From Camelus dromedarius (lineage: Eukaryota): DNA of 64,000 bases. The DNA lies in assembly GCF_036321535.1 (NCBI RefSeq), contig NC_087437.1, positions 7,688,001-7,752,000 on the forward strand. The letters are read 5' to 3'. Below the pieces are notes generated by a model. It made no database searches. It saw only the letters and a program-made list of their open reading frames with translations, and was not told the origin of the DNA. The position numbers were made by a program, and so were the translations under genes. Shown here in pieces: positions 14,570-27,287 of this stretch. How positions within the stretch are numbered: the first letter of the stretch is position 1; each line of letters starts with the position of its first letter.

Positions 14570-14865
14570 GCCTCAGAAAGGTCCTCCTGACCATCCAGTC
14601 TGAAGGGCCCATCTCCAGCCACTCTGTCACATCCCCTGGTTCACTGTCTGCATAGCCTGTATGGCTAAATGAAACACCATTTTCAAAAGTTAGTTTATAT
14701 TGTAATTCTTCTCCACTCCAATAAAATGTAAGCTTCATCAGGAAACAGGCTTTGCCTGTCTTGTTTAAGATCCTATCCACAGTACATATAGAGTGAGTGT
14801 CTACCACTTAGTAAGTACTTAATAAATATTTGATGGATGGGTGGATGATTAAATGAATGCATAAA
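14570..14865 (+). mobile_element. LINE-2 3' fragment
   Basis: aatgtaagcttcat..gtcttgttta..agtaagtacttaataaatatttgatggatg..aatgaatg, the L2 3' end. Confidence 0.7.
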
Positions 14866-16549
14866 TGACATCCAATTTAGGAAATATGGCTCTTCAGCGA
14901 TAGAAAATAGCACATCATTCTTGCTTTTTCATAATAATCATATCATAATTATTAAAGCTGCATTCTCAGGTGCACAATCTGATGAGTATATTGTTTAGTT
15001 TAAGTCAGAGACCGTTTGACGTGTGTTTATCAAAGTTGGCTCCCTCTCAAAATGTGTCCTTACTGCTGGTATTGAGTGGTCCTTTCACATCAAATAGAAT
15101 CTCTGCTGCTGAATAATTTTTTGTTCTTGTTGACTCTTCTGTTTGTCCTCCAGTTTCTAAGAATCTCAGTTTGGTCACATTTTTTAAGATAATTGTAGTC
15201 ATTTGTTGAAAATATATATTGAAAATTCTCCTTAAAAACAGACATTAAGCCACTGATCAGACATTAAGTCAGTCTAAGATGATTTTTATATATTTTGAAT
15301 ATTTTAATTTTTAATGTGGAACATAATAATAATGGAACAACACATCATGAGTGCTGCTGGCTGGCCCTTCACTCTGTGTAGCCATTTCTTGATCTGTAGA
15401 TAGGAGTTTTCTCCATTACCTACGTTAAAGGAATGCACGTCTGTTGCTAGTGTATGGTGGTGTCCCTCCATAGTGACTATCACCCTTGTGCAATCACACA
15501 TCATTGCTGGAATCAAAAGATACACTATTAAATTTGTGAGGGCAATAAATAATAGCAGACAGGGAAAAAATCAAATGGATCTGAGCATCTACACAAGGAT
15601 GGCAAATAAGAGTTTCTACATGACCTAATGTCACGTGACTGATAATAGCTTCCTAGAATTTTATGTTGGAAAGCCTTTTGAGGTGGCATCTTGTCTCAAA
15701 GGGGAGGGGCACTAAAATCAATAATTGAACTATTCTAAGGTCACGCTGAATATAAGAGCAGGTAATAGTCGCGAGCATGGCAGGTATTTCCCACACGTAC
15801 CGCTGAGGAAAGCGTTATCATTTTTGTAACAAGTAGAAAATTGGAGACCTCAACCTTCTCTTGTAGGGTTAAAGCACTGATTACAAAATGGTCTTTCCTG
15901 TATTTTTTAAATGCAAGTAAGACACCCATTGTGGTTTGTTGTTGAGTTCTCAAGAATCCATAGTTACAAGGAAATTAATTATAAAATTAAGAAGCATATA
16001 ATGGACTAGAGGTGCAGAGATGACATCCTAATACAGAATATCTAAAATTGCTGCATACAGTTTTTTTTAAAATTACAACATGGCTGTGCTGGTGGTAAAG
16101 TAAGGGAAAGAATTAGATTCGAAGAACAAAAAGAAAGTATGAGTAAGAGGGGTATGTTGGAGTTGGTGAAGGAAGAACGACAAAGCCTAGGTCCTCAGCA
16201 GAGCAGGAGATCAGACTGATGTCATCAGCATAAATCTGGGACAGAGGAAGACGTTTATGAAGTCTCCTGGAGTAGGGGCTGAGAGGTCCCAAAGAAGACG
16301 TGCTTATTTAAACCTTGATTCTGGGGAAAGCGGGAAAAAGGAGGAAAGATTTGTGCAAGAATTCCTAATCAGAACCTTCACTCATTTAGGTGTGGAGTCT
16401 GAATTCACAGTAGCTGTTGGATATTGGGTAATCCTAGCTGAAAATTTTACTTAAAGTGATTCTAGTCAGTGAGGTCCCCAGACACAAAGGGAAAATAAAA
16501 CGCAAAACCTTTCTTGTTGGGCACATTTAATTGCAGTTCTAAAAGGATT

Positions 16550-19500
16550 CTCAGAGATAAAGTTTCAAGGAACATGAGCTTGTGATAAAAATCATGAGCA
16601 CTGTGTAGTAAGCTACCACGAGTAAGAGTCATCAGAGAAAAGGAAATTACAAAATTGAATCTTCAAGGACTGTAGATATTGGAATTATTAGATAAGAATA
16701 TGTCTGCTTAATTTATTTAAAGAAAATTTAAAAGGGGTTAAAAAAATGATGGAGGGACAAAGACCATCAAAATTTACTAGGCAGATTTGAAAAAGAACCA
16801 AAGAGAACTTATATCAATGAGAAAGAGGATCATTAAAAAGAAAGACTCGATGAACAGGATAAACAACAGACAGGTCACAGAATAAGAGAGAATTTATGAA
16901 TTAGAAAATAAAAATAAATCCACACAATGTATTACAGACACATATGAAAAAAAAAGTTCAAGAGAAATAGTGCTTAGAACAAAACAATCCAAAATATCTA
17001 GAATTTTAGAAAGAGAGACTAGAACAGTGGAGAATAAACTGAAGAGGATTTTTCAGAATTCATACTGAAATACTCAATACTCAGATTTAGGAAGCCCAAC
17101 ATACCTGAACAGGATACACGTAAAGAAACCAAGACCTGGAAATGTTGTGAAACTAAAGAACTTTAGATACAAAGAGAAGATCTTAAAATCAGGCTAAAGG
17201 AAATGACTTTATCTGCAAGTGGAAGCCACTGTGACTGACAGCTCTGCTCTCAAAGACAACAATAAAAGCCAGAGAGACTGGAATAATCCATATTCAAAAT
17301 ATCGATAAGAATCAGTGCCAACTAGACTGTTTTATCCACTTGAACTCTTGAAAAAAATAGGGATAAGATACAGAAACTTCAGACAAAACATAGATCATTC
17401 ACTCACCAAAACTTTACTGTTGGAAACTTCAGTATTAGTAATAAGAAAGGGGATATGACAAGAGTGGCAGGAGAGATTCAGGAGAAAATAAAAGAAAAAC
17501 CTTATGCCAATGATTTTGGAAAATTAGGTGAAATGAAAACTTTGTTAATTTTTTTAATTGACTCAGGAAGAGAAATACAATTTGAATTATAATTATTAAA
17601 CATATTGAATAAGATTAAAAAATTCTCCCCAAATATTAAGCCCAAATGATTTTGTGGATGAGTATTCCCACACATTTTGTAAACCCAATCACAAATGAAT
17701 TCTTTCAGAGGATAGACAAATTATATAATCTTGACATTAAAACCAGACAAGGACAACTTGAGAAGTGTAGGAAAAGAAAATGACAAGCTAATCTCACTAT
17801 AACTATCAAAACAAAAATTCTAAACAAAAAATATAAACAAGCTGAATCCATCACAGCAAAGACTATCACAGCAAAGAAAGGTTCAATGTTAGATGAAGTT
17901 TCAAATCTGCCATATTCACTGGTTAAAGGTTAATATGATCATCTCAATAATTCAGGAATTCCACAGCAGTTCACATTAAACATGTTTCTATAGAACTTGT
18001 GGTAAAATACAAATATTTCAATTATGGTTGTGTTCCCCCATGTCCCCCCAAAAAACCATAAGCAATATAATAGCCAATTGAAATACTCAAAGTATTTCCT
18101 CTAAAAATCAGGATCAAGATAAATAAACCCGTTGTTGCCCATTCTATTTTGCAATACACTAGCAGTCCTTGCCAGTGCCCTAAAAAGAGAAAAATAAAAG
18201 TTATAAAGATTGGAGTGAAAGTAACAAAATTGTCATGATTTTCAAATGATATAATTGCCTACATAGAAAGCCCACACAAATATACAGAGAAATTACTTAT
18301 TTTGACTTTACCAAAATTGACAATTTCAAGAAAAATATCCAAAGTCAATTGCATTTCTGTACATGAGCAACAAATTATAAATAAATGCAACTTTTAAAAA
18401 ATTCTCTATATAAATGCAAACAAAAGGTTCCTGTCAAAAAGATGCATGAACTTTAGGAAGAAAATTCTGCCCTTCCTGAAAGATGTTAAAGAATATCTAA
18501 ATAAGTGGCGTGCCATAAAATACTCATAGATTAATGGATATAAAGTTTTACTATCACAAAAATATCAATTAAGCCATAATTGATATATAAATCCAGTGAA
18601 ATTCCAATGAAAATCCTGAATCTCAACAAGTTTGTTTTTTTTTTTTTTTTTTTTTTGCTTTCCTTTTTCATTTTGATTTTGGTTATTTGTTCTTTTGTGG
18701 AGTCGACCAAGGTGTTTTTAAAATTTATGTGAAGTTTTTGAAAAAATTGCAAAAATAGCTGACAATCCCGATCAAGATAAACTAAATAGGAAAACCTGTG
18801 CTACCACCTATCAGTGTTTATAGTAAACTTATAGTAATAAGTAGGGTGTGGAAGACAAACAAATCAATTTGTAAAGTGTACCAGTGGACCAGAATGGAGG
18901 GCCGGTAATCATATACATACACATGCAAGAACCTGATGTATGACAGAGCTTGTACCGTACGCCAATGTAGAAAGGGTGAACTATTTAATCAAATGATGCT
19001 GGGAATATTACACATCCATGTTTAAATAAAAGTGTATTTGGACCCCCACCTCACAATATAGTCACAAATCAATTCAAAGAGAAACACCTACTTAAAACAA
19101 TTTTAGAACATTCATTTTTGTACAATTAATTTATTTTTTTGGAGAGGGAAGGTAATTAGGTTTATTTATTTTTAAATGGAGGTACTGGGTATTGAACTTA
19201 GGACCTCATGCATGCCAAGCATGAACCCTACCACTGAGCTATACCCTCCCCCACTTTTTTTTAAAGACAGAAATATAATTAAATATCTTACTGAGTTTGG
19301 AGTAATGAAGGTTTTCTTAAACATGATATTTGAAATTTAACTTATATTTGACTTCATTAAACTCAGAACTCTTATTCATTAAAAGATAGTGTAATACAAG
19401 CAAGAAGATGAATGATCACCGAATTGACAGATGTCGGTGGGAGCATCATAAGAGGGAGCGACCAGACACAGAAAACACCTGGGTAAGCGAAACAAGGGTC

Positions 19501-20270
19501 ATCCATCTGAAAGATAGAGAAGGACGTTAGATCACTCAAGATACTCAGCAGAGCACTGGCATTATTTTCCAGTGACAGAGGATGACAGAAACCCCCATGA
19601 AAGCTGCAAAACAGTCACCCCAGTGGGTTCAATTGCAGGTTAAAAGAAAAAGTTATTGATCAATACATCAGATATTCTGGGAGCTCAACTGTGCCTCTCA
19701 AAGCCAATCCTAGGTACATGAGACAGGAGTGCTTCTGTATGTAAGCCAGTCTGGATGTGTGTTGAGGACTATCTTGTCTAAGGAAATACAAGCCTCATCT
19801 TTCATGTAATGCAATATACGGTGTGACTCAGCAGTGGAGTATATCACACTCAGTTTGAACACAGTCCTTTGTTACCACTCATGGCTCTCCTAGGCTAGCA
19901 CAACACTAAAGTAATGAATTGACAATGGCCAGACAAAAACAAGGGCCAGTTAGTCAGACATCTCTGGAAAGCAGAGATGTATGATTGGAGTACAACGCAA
20001 GCTCTGTCGTAAGCTGACAGACCAGCTGTGGGTCCATCCTGCAAGTCTGTAAAAGATTTTTGAAACACAAAAATATTGACTATCATTTAGCATCAAGAAT
20101 ATATAAGGAACACTTCCAAATTAATAACAAAATACAAACAATTCAATATAAACAAATTGCAATAGACATAATAGGTCAAAGGAGATGAAACATGAATTGG
20201 CCACAAATATATCAAGAGACTCAACCTAATCAGTAATCAGGAAAGTGCAAGTTAAAGAGTTAGAATTTGT
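16550..20270 (+). mobile_element. Ancient, fragmented LINE-1 (ORF1/ORF2 relics) interrupted by a SINE and another insertion
   Basis: A-rich, with L1-like relics (aaaaccagacaaggaca, atatgatcatctcaata, aaatgatataattgcctacatagaaa, aatgatgctggga, tcaacctaatcagtaatcaggaaagtgcaa); boundaries approximate. Confidence 0.65.
19131..19252 (-). mobile_element. tRNA-derived SINE (Vic-1-like, camelid type)
   Basis: Minus strand ggggagggtatagctcagtggtag..gcatgaggtcc..gttcaat..cagtacctcc..aaataaacctaattacc; Pol III A and B boxes. Confidence 0.85.
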
Positions 20271-20849
20271 TACCCACCATACTGGAAAAAATGAGCACAG
20301 GACACACCTGTTGTTGTACTTAAGACCCTCCCTAAAGACAGCTAGAATGATGCTAAGAAAATAATTATTTAAATAGGGGGGATTCAGTCAGTTTATTACC
20401 TTAGATACTTTTGATCTGTTACCAGTGGCTGAAATTTGTCGGTAAAATTCGACATTAGCCTAGTAAAGCAAGAAAGGCATTCATCACTCCAGCTGAATAG
20501 GCATGGCTTGATTTTAGTAGCTGACACACTCCAAGTTTCCCTTTTCATTTTTTTCATTTAGCAAAGAAATACAATCTTCATTTTAAAATTAGAGGTTATT
20601 AGCTTCACATTTAAACATAAGCTTTAATGTGAATATGTATGTCAAAGTAGAGTTTTCTCATGTTTCCCCAGAAGTAGTAGAAGTCATGAATGTTGCTGAA
20701 AGTACACAAAGTGATTTTTAGATGATACCTAAAAGACTTTTTAAAGAAAAGTATTACTATTTTAACGTATACATTAAAACATATAATCAATGCATGGGTA
20801 TTCTTTAAATCTAAATAAAAATAAATGACTTATTTGGAAGTTAATTTAA

Positions 20850-20919
20850 ATATATATATATGTGTGTGTGTGTGTGTGTATATATATCTATATATATATC
20901 TATATATATATCTATATAT
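20850..20919. repeat. Compound (TA)n(TG)n(TATATC-like)n microsatellite
   Basis: Seen directly in the sequence. Confidence 0.9.
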
Positions 20920-23761
20920 CGCCACACAAGCATTAAGTATGGCTGAGTAAGGAAACTAATATTTAAATGCATGTATTTGGGGACACACTCATCAATTATG
21001 TGAAGACTCACCAAGGAGTGAGATAATAAATACAGAAAGAAGACAGAGAAGCACAGTGAACTTCAAAAGTGTCATAGCTTTTTTTAGCTATTGATTCATT
21101 TAGCTGTAATGAAATGTAAGCTCCTGCACTGGGACAGTTTTGTCATGTGGCTGTGCTTGATTTCTGTAGTTTAGAAAACAAAAAACAAAAAACAAAAAAA
21201 TACTTACTCACCATAAGGAAGCCTGGCCCCCAAGTACGCATTAATATTTAGACATTTAATTTTAACAAAATTTAAGAGTGGAGGTAACATAACCCCTTTA
21301 TACTTTCCGATTTAGAAAAATTTATATATCCTAGTGTCTCCTTTATGAGAATCCTGGGGAAAGATATTTTTAGGTCAGGATATGAGTTTTGAAAGCTTAT
21401 TTAGAGATACTCTGTTATATCCAATCATATTTTTCTCTTTTTGAGAGCTAGAAATTTAATAAGAATATTAAATATTATTAATAAATAACATTAAAGTTTA
21501 GCTCTTTTGAGCTTATTTTCTATCCTCTACCTAAATTCTTTTTCTTATTTTTAAAAACCTCCATAACATAGTTTTAAAAGCACCTTAAACGTCTTTTGGA
21601 ATAAAAATGATGTCTACCATTTATTGAGTGCTTATTGTAAGTCAGAATTTTTCTAAATGCTTTCCATATGTTCATTAATTTAATCCTTTCAACAACCCTA
21701 TGGTATAAGGAATATTTTCATCAGTGTTTTCAAAAGTTAGGTACCGTGCCCAAGTTCACAAAACCACTTAGTGGCAAGGCTGTTACTCAAACCCAAGCCT
21801 TGTTTAGCTTGAGTTTGACCTGTAATCTTCATATTATAAGGCCTCTACATCACAGTGAAAAGGATTATATCCACAAATCATGTTGTAATTTAAAACACAA
21901 GTGGTGTCAGTTTGTATCCATTAGAAAATATTACCTGGTCATTTATGAAAAATTATGTAAAAAATTAGGGAAATATAAAAGAAAGTTGAAGAAATAAGGA
22001 AATATATCATTCCTAGGTTCACTGTGCAAGGAAAACTACCTTCATACATTCATTGACCTCTTTCCATCCATCCCTTTTTCGATGTAAATACTAGTTTTTA
22101 AAGCAATCAATTTATCCTACTGTAATCCTCACCGCCAGGGAATACTTAATTAAAATTAAGTAAATTAAGTAAAAATTAATTCCTTCTTGTTGAAGTTAAA
22201 GACCACTTTGTCATGCTTGGATCCTTTAAGAAGGAAGAAAACTAGCACTGAATGGCCTACTATCAGTAAAGTACCTTACCCATCAATTATCCCATTAAAT
22301 TTTCTCAGAAAAAACACTTCAAATGTGAAGACGAATGAGACTGCTTTATATGCTTTAGGGCCATTAGAAAACCATCTAATTCTTCTCCTCTGAATAAACT
22401 GTGTGTTCTGCTTACACTTAGGATCTGCCTATTCCCAGCCCTTTAATCATATCTGCCATTTTCCTCTAAGCCCTCCTGAAGTACATTCTACTTCTTTCGT
22501 GTCTAGAACGGTATACACTGTTGCATGTTATATCTCATCATACTGAGTTCAATGAAAAGACAGCTTTTAAGTGCCTGCATTTGATGTATTCTACCCCACC
22601 AGTTTGGCTGTTAAAAATAATTATGACTGTCACTCAAGTAATAAGCCACCATGATCCTTGAGATAATGTCTGTTATTTTGATCTACACTCAGTCATTTAT
22701 ATCATCTTGTAATTGCAAATCCTGTAATAACTCCTTCCATACTGAACCTCAATCTGAGAGTTTCCCATCACTTACTTCCTCAAGAATATATCAAATTTCA
22801 AGACACACAATCCCTTTTTGACTCACTCTCCTGAATAAGTGCAAACAGAAAGCTTTAATGATGAAGTGTTTCTATTTTCCGTACAATATGGCTTGCAAAT
22901 AAAAACGTCAGAAGTTCTAGACGCAGAGTGAAGTCTATGTCAAAACAGTGGCAGATTAAATGCATACATTTCCAAAAGTATCACTGAAACAGCAGTGAAG
23001 AGATTGTTTTAAAGACATAAACCTGCAGGTCACAGATAACAGGAAAGATGACAGCAACAGAATCGATGTGTGAACTGACTTAATTGGATCTAAGAAAACT
23101 AAACCCTAACCAGCAGTGGAAAAAGCGAAGAAACAAGGCAATTTCCACTACAGAACCTTCCAAAAGCTTAAGAATAGATGCCTCTGAAAGTGACAATGAT
23201 GGTAAAGCTGAACCCAGAAAGATAATTTGAAAGTATTTTTAAGAAGCAACTAGATTCAGATTTCCTCCCCTAATATGTGCAACCAGACAACTTCCTTTCC
23301 CAAACTATCCAAGTTCTGTGGGAAGCAAGTATCAGTGGGATCAACATCTGTGCAGGAAAGCAAGCAAGCAGGACTGAGCAGAAGGCTTTGGGTCCTAACA
23401 GAGCAGCGAGAAACCTTTCCAGCTGGGATGGCCTTTCTGAGTTGGGGGCGGGGCCTGGACACACACTGACCAATCATTATGGGCAAGCTGTCGCCACAAG
23501 TAGTGCGTGAACTCCCTATCACAGCGAACGGAATTCTCACCTGTTACAGCGAGAAACAAGTCAATAGTGCCTAGAACTGGAAAATCAAGGAAGTGACAAT
23601 ATAGACATGTTATTTGTAAGGAGGTGATTACTGAAAATGAAATGGCCAAAAGACTGGAAATATTTTGTTTCTGGCGCAGGAAAAAAAAAATGGGAGGAGA
23701 GGATCTAAGAACTTCTGGTTTTCTAAGAACTTCTGGGTTATGTACAGCCATATGCATTTGA

Positions 23762-24130
23762 TGTATTTATTATTTATTTATTTTTAAATTGAAGTATAGT
23801 TGACTTACAGTGTTGTGTTAGTTTTAGGTGTAAAGTGACTCAGCGATATACATAAATATGTGTATCTATATATATTCTTCTTGAGATTCTTTTCCATTAT
23901 AGGTTATTACAAGATACTGAGTATAGTTCCCTGTGCTAGACTGTAGGTTCTCGTTGGTTATCTATTTTATATATAGTAGTGTGTGTATATTAATCTCAAA
24001 CTCCTAATTTATTCCTCGCCCCCCTTTTCCCCTTTGGTAACCGTAAGTTTGTTTTCTATGTATGTATGTCTATTTGTTTTGTAAGTAAGTTCATTTATAT
24101 CATTTTTTTTAAGATTTCAAATATAAGCGA
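23762..24130 (-). mobile_element. LINE-1 3'UTR fragment abutting the INA retrocopy tail
   Basis: Highly similar to 13725-14050 (gaagtatagttga..ttccattataggttattacaagata..ctttggtaacc); (ttta)n tail. Confidence 0.88.
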
Positions 24131-24135
24131 TTGAT

Positions 24136-27100
24136 TTTTTTTGATGGAATTCATGTGACTGTTAATTCTTATTTTACTGATGTTTTACAGTAAGTGTGGG
24201 GAGTAAAGACAGGGATGGAGTAAGGGAAAGGAAGAAGACAAAACTATTCTTTCAAGTTCCTTGAACAGTTGAAGCAGGTACTAGGATAGGAAAGCTCAGT
24301 AAAAGCATCACATCCTCATCAGCACGGAGCTCTTAGTGGAGAGATATGACAGAAACATAGTAACTCGTTAGATCTGGTGGAAGTGACTCTGGCAGAGAAC
24401 CAAATCCTGCATCAAACTGGGCGCACCTGGAAGACCGGGCAACGCAGCTGCTACACTGCAGGGCGGATGAAAACTGGACTCTCCAGAACCTACTTCTTTG
24501 CATGTGAGCAGGAGCCTGTGTGCCCTTCTCTGATCTGTCTCTTCCTTTCCAGCAGGGAAGGGAGACCCCACCAACCGTGCAGCAGTAGGAAAACCGCAGG
24601 TCAAAACTCTTAGAAAAGAGAAAGGTTTCTTTTTCGTACTTGCTGATGGTGTTGATTGCTCAAAAGTGACTTCTTTTCCTTTGGGGCAGTAGCACTGTGT
24701 CCTGGTGATAACACATTCTACACTTAACACTCTTAAAAGGCATAGGAGTGAAAACAAGGCCTCTTTAGGACCTGGACTAGTGGGAAGGGGAGTATGTGGA
24801 TTTGTCTAAGGGCAAGGGCATGAAACAGCTAATTCGCTACCACCGCAAATGAACTGACACAGATAAATGAGGCCTTGGGTTTCCCCCTTCATACAAATAC
24901 CCACCTCTTCTAGATTATACTATTATATCTAAGATCAGCTTAATCATGGTTTGGGATCAACTATGACTGTGCTTCCAAACTTAAGATGAAAAGCTACATT
25001 CTTAATAAAGTATTCCTTTCTCCTAATTAAATGGACTTGAATAAGCTGAGAGACTAAAATCTAGAGATGCTTTTCATTATTTGATTTGTTGGGGGGCAAC
25101 CCTTGAAACGTATCACTGCCCCTTTTTAAACTACAGAATTAGGATATGAAATGGGCGGGGAGAAGTTATTACAATCATAGAAATGGTTAACATGCATCTA
25201 ATTCTACCTACTGAGCAGAGACTAAGAGACCTAAGGGAGACAAGTTCTTTGGAGAAGAACCTAAATGTATTTAAAAGGGATGAATATTACACTAGCCTTT
25301 TTCTGAATGGGAGGAAAGGTTATATGGGATTGAGGGTGGTGAGAGGACAAGTATTCATTACACAAACACCTATCCTGTGTGAAACAGCTCTACCAGCGTG
25401 GTGTTGGCTGTGAACTGTGGGCTTATCTTTGGCAGTGAGCTTATGTTTTAGGTATCTAGGGTGAGATTATATAGCAGGGTAGTGGCTGGGTATAGTGAAT
25501 GAATACAGGTTTTAATTTCAGCTCATAGCAAAGTGATGATGATCACAGATTTAGCACCTTAGTTTGTATTTCCTCTGTATCTGAATCATCTAGCCTGAGT
25601 GTTAGGTCAGAAAGCTGAATTCTTAGATAACTCCTCTGTGATTGCTCTAGGACTGCAGTTTGCTCCAATCTAAGGTGTGGTTTTCTTATTAGAGAAAGTA
25701 TTTAATGCTAAATATGAGACTGAAGTCTTGAAGACACTGTATAGTGGTGACTGGTGTTTTGGATCAGGAATATGCTGTTTAACAAGTCAAATGTATATTA
25801 CCCCCTCTTAAGCATTGGCTTTTTTTAAGTAACAGAACTATATTTTTGGGCTTGAAATGGTACTTTCTCCTTTATTTGATTTCTCGGTTTTCTTAGTAGA
25901 TATTACTGTCTCCTCCAATATTTCTTCAAAACTTTACTCTGTCTGGGTGGTTTTCCTAGAGGCTACCTTAGAAGCCTCCTTTTCCTTCTCCTCTTTCTTA
26001 AGAGACCGCCCAGTGGATGAGACTTTGTTGGTGGTAGAGCTGAGGATTCTAGATAGGAGCAGATACCTTGGATTGGGAAGTGGATTTAGCCCTTAAATGC
26101 TTGATCCACTGGTGCTGAAACGTGTCTGTTCACCTTCCAGCAGTTTCCTGAAAGATGCTAGCTCAATGTCAAGCGCCATTTTGACACTGAGCAGGTCCCG
26201 GTATTCCCTAAGGTGGCGTTCCATCTCACTCATGGTGTACCTCAGATCATTCTCCAGCTGCCCAATGTTCTTCTGGTAGCCAGCCACCTCGGCACTGTGC
26301 TGCTCTTCCAGCTCCAGGATCTGCCTCTCCAGGGGCTCGTTGGCCCCACGCAGCCCCTGGAACTCGATGGTGCGTGCCTGCAGCCGGCGCCGGTACTGGT
26401 GCATCTCCCCGCTGCTGGGCCGGATGGCCTCAGTGCTGCGCGCCGCCTGCTCGTTCAGGTTGGCAAACTTGGCCTTGTACCAAACCTCCGCTGACTGCAG
26501 GTTCTTGGCGGCCAGGGACTCATCCTGGGCGTGGCTCTCCCGCAGCGCCGAACTCAGGTCTGGTTTGGCCACAGCCACGTTCACCTCGGCCGCGGCCTGC
26601 GATGAGGCCGGCAGCGTGGCCAGAAGCTGGGCCACCTCCTCGTCGTGCACAGCACGCACCAAGGCCAGCTCGTCCAGCAGTGGCTCCACCTTCTTCTCCA
26701 GATCCATAGCACCGTCCATGTCGCGTTGCTGCGCCTGCGCGCCGATCTCTCTCCTCCAGGCAGCGCGCCTGCAATCACTGCGCCCTAACTGCCAGCCTGT
26801 CGCGCTCCAGCGGGGCCTGCGCGTGCGCCGAGCTCGCTTCCTCCAGCTGCGTGCGCAGGTCGCCAACGCGCAGGCGCGGGGTTCTGCGTCTCCCGCTGGT
26901 GCCTCTTCTCTGTGAACGCGGGGAAGCTGTGGCTGAGGCCCTGCAGTGGCTTCTTCTCGTTGGTGCACAAGCTTTTGTCCTCGTGTGTGCTCTCCGACGC
27001 CTGACTCGGGTCCAGCCCGTCGGACGCCGGAGACCAAGGTAGGCCAGGCCCTGGCCAAGGGACGAGTCGGGAGGAGGAGGTCACATTGCAGCGGACAGCG

Positions 27101-27287
27101 ACTGCGAGCACAAGCTGCCCGCGCCTCAGGCCTCGGAAGGGCACGAGGACTGGTGTGAGCTGTCTCCCAACACCTTGAGGTAGGAGGAGGTGCCGCATAG
27201 TTAGCGTTTGGACCCTAATCTCACAGAGCCGGTTCAAGGCCGGGAGAGCGGCTGCCGCTGAGAGGAGAGATGCGTTGGGCGAGGCCT
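24136..27287 (-). pseudogene. INA: Processed pseudogene (retrocopy) of alpha-internexin; CDS-homologous part 27224-25838, plus 5'UTR, long 3'UTR and poly(A) remnant
   Basis: Minus-strand translation gives [83 protein letters not shown] and the tail [27 protein letters not shown]. No introns. Start codon is GTG (27224); stops at 27201-27203, 26093-26095 and 25934-25936; frameshifts and deletions. T-run at 24135-24142, and gattgat on both flanks (24129, 27288). The 3' boundary is inferred from the T-run. Confidence 0.93.

Noticed and set aside
23703..23737. Short direct repeats (ctaagaacttctgg x2; also ttgatagtttgttcct x2 near 42458) as an array or CRISPR-like structure
   Set aside because: Two-copy local slippage duplications in a mammalian intron, with no spacer architecture.
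26340..26915. 191-aa plus-strand ORF and other overlapping ORFs at 25857-27158
   Set aside because: Antisense or shifted-frame shadows of the GC-rich INA coding sequence.
26093..27058. 321-aa ORF as an intact intermediate filament gene
   Set aside because: It starts at TTG, the first ~107 residues are out of the INA frame, and it stops prematurely before the tail; it is part of the pseudogene.
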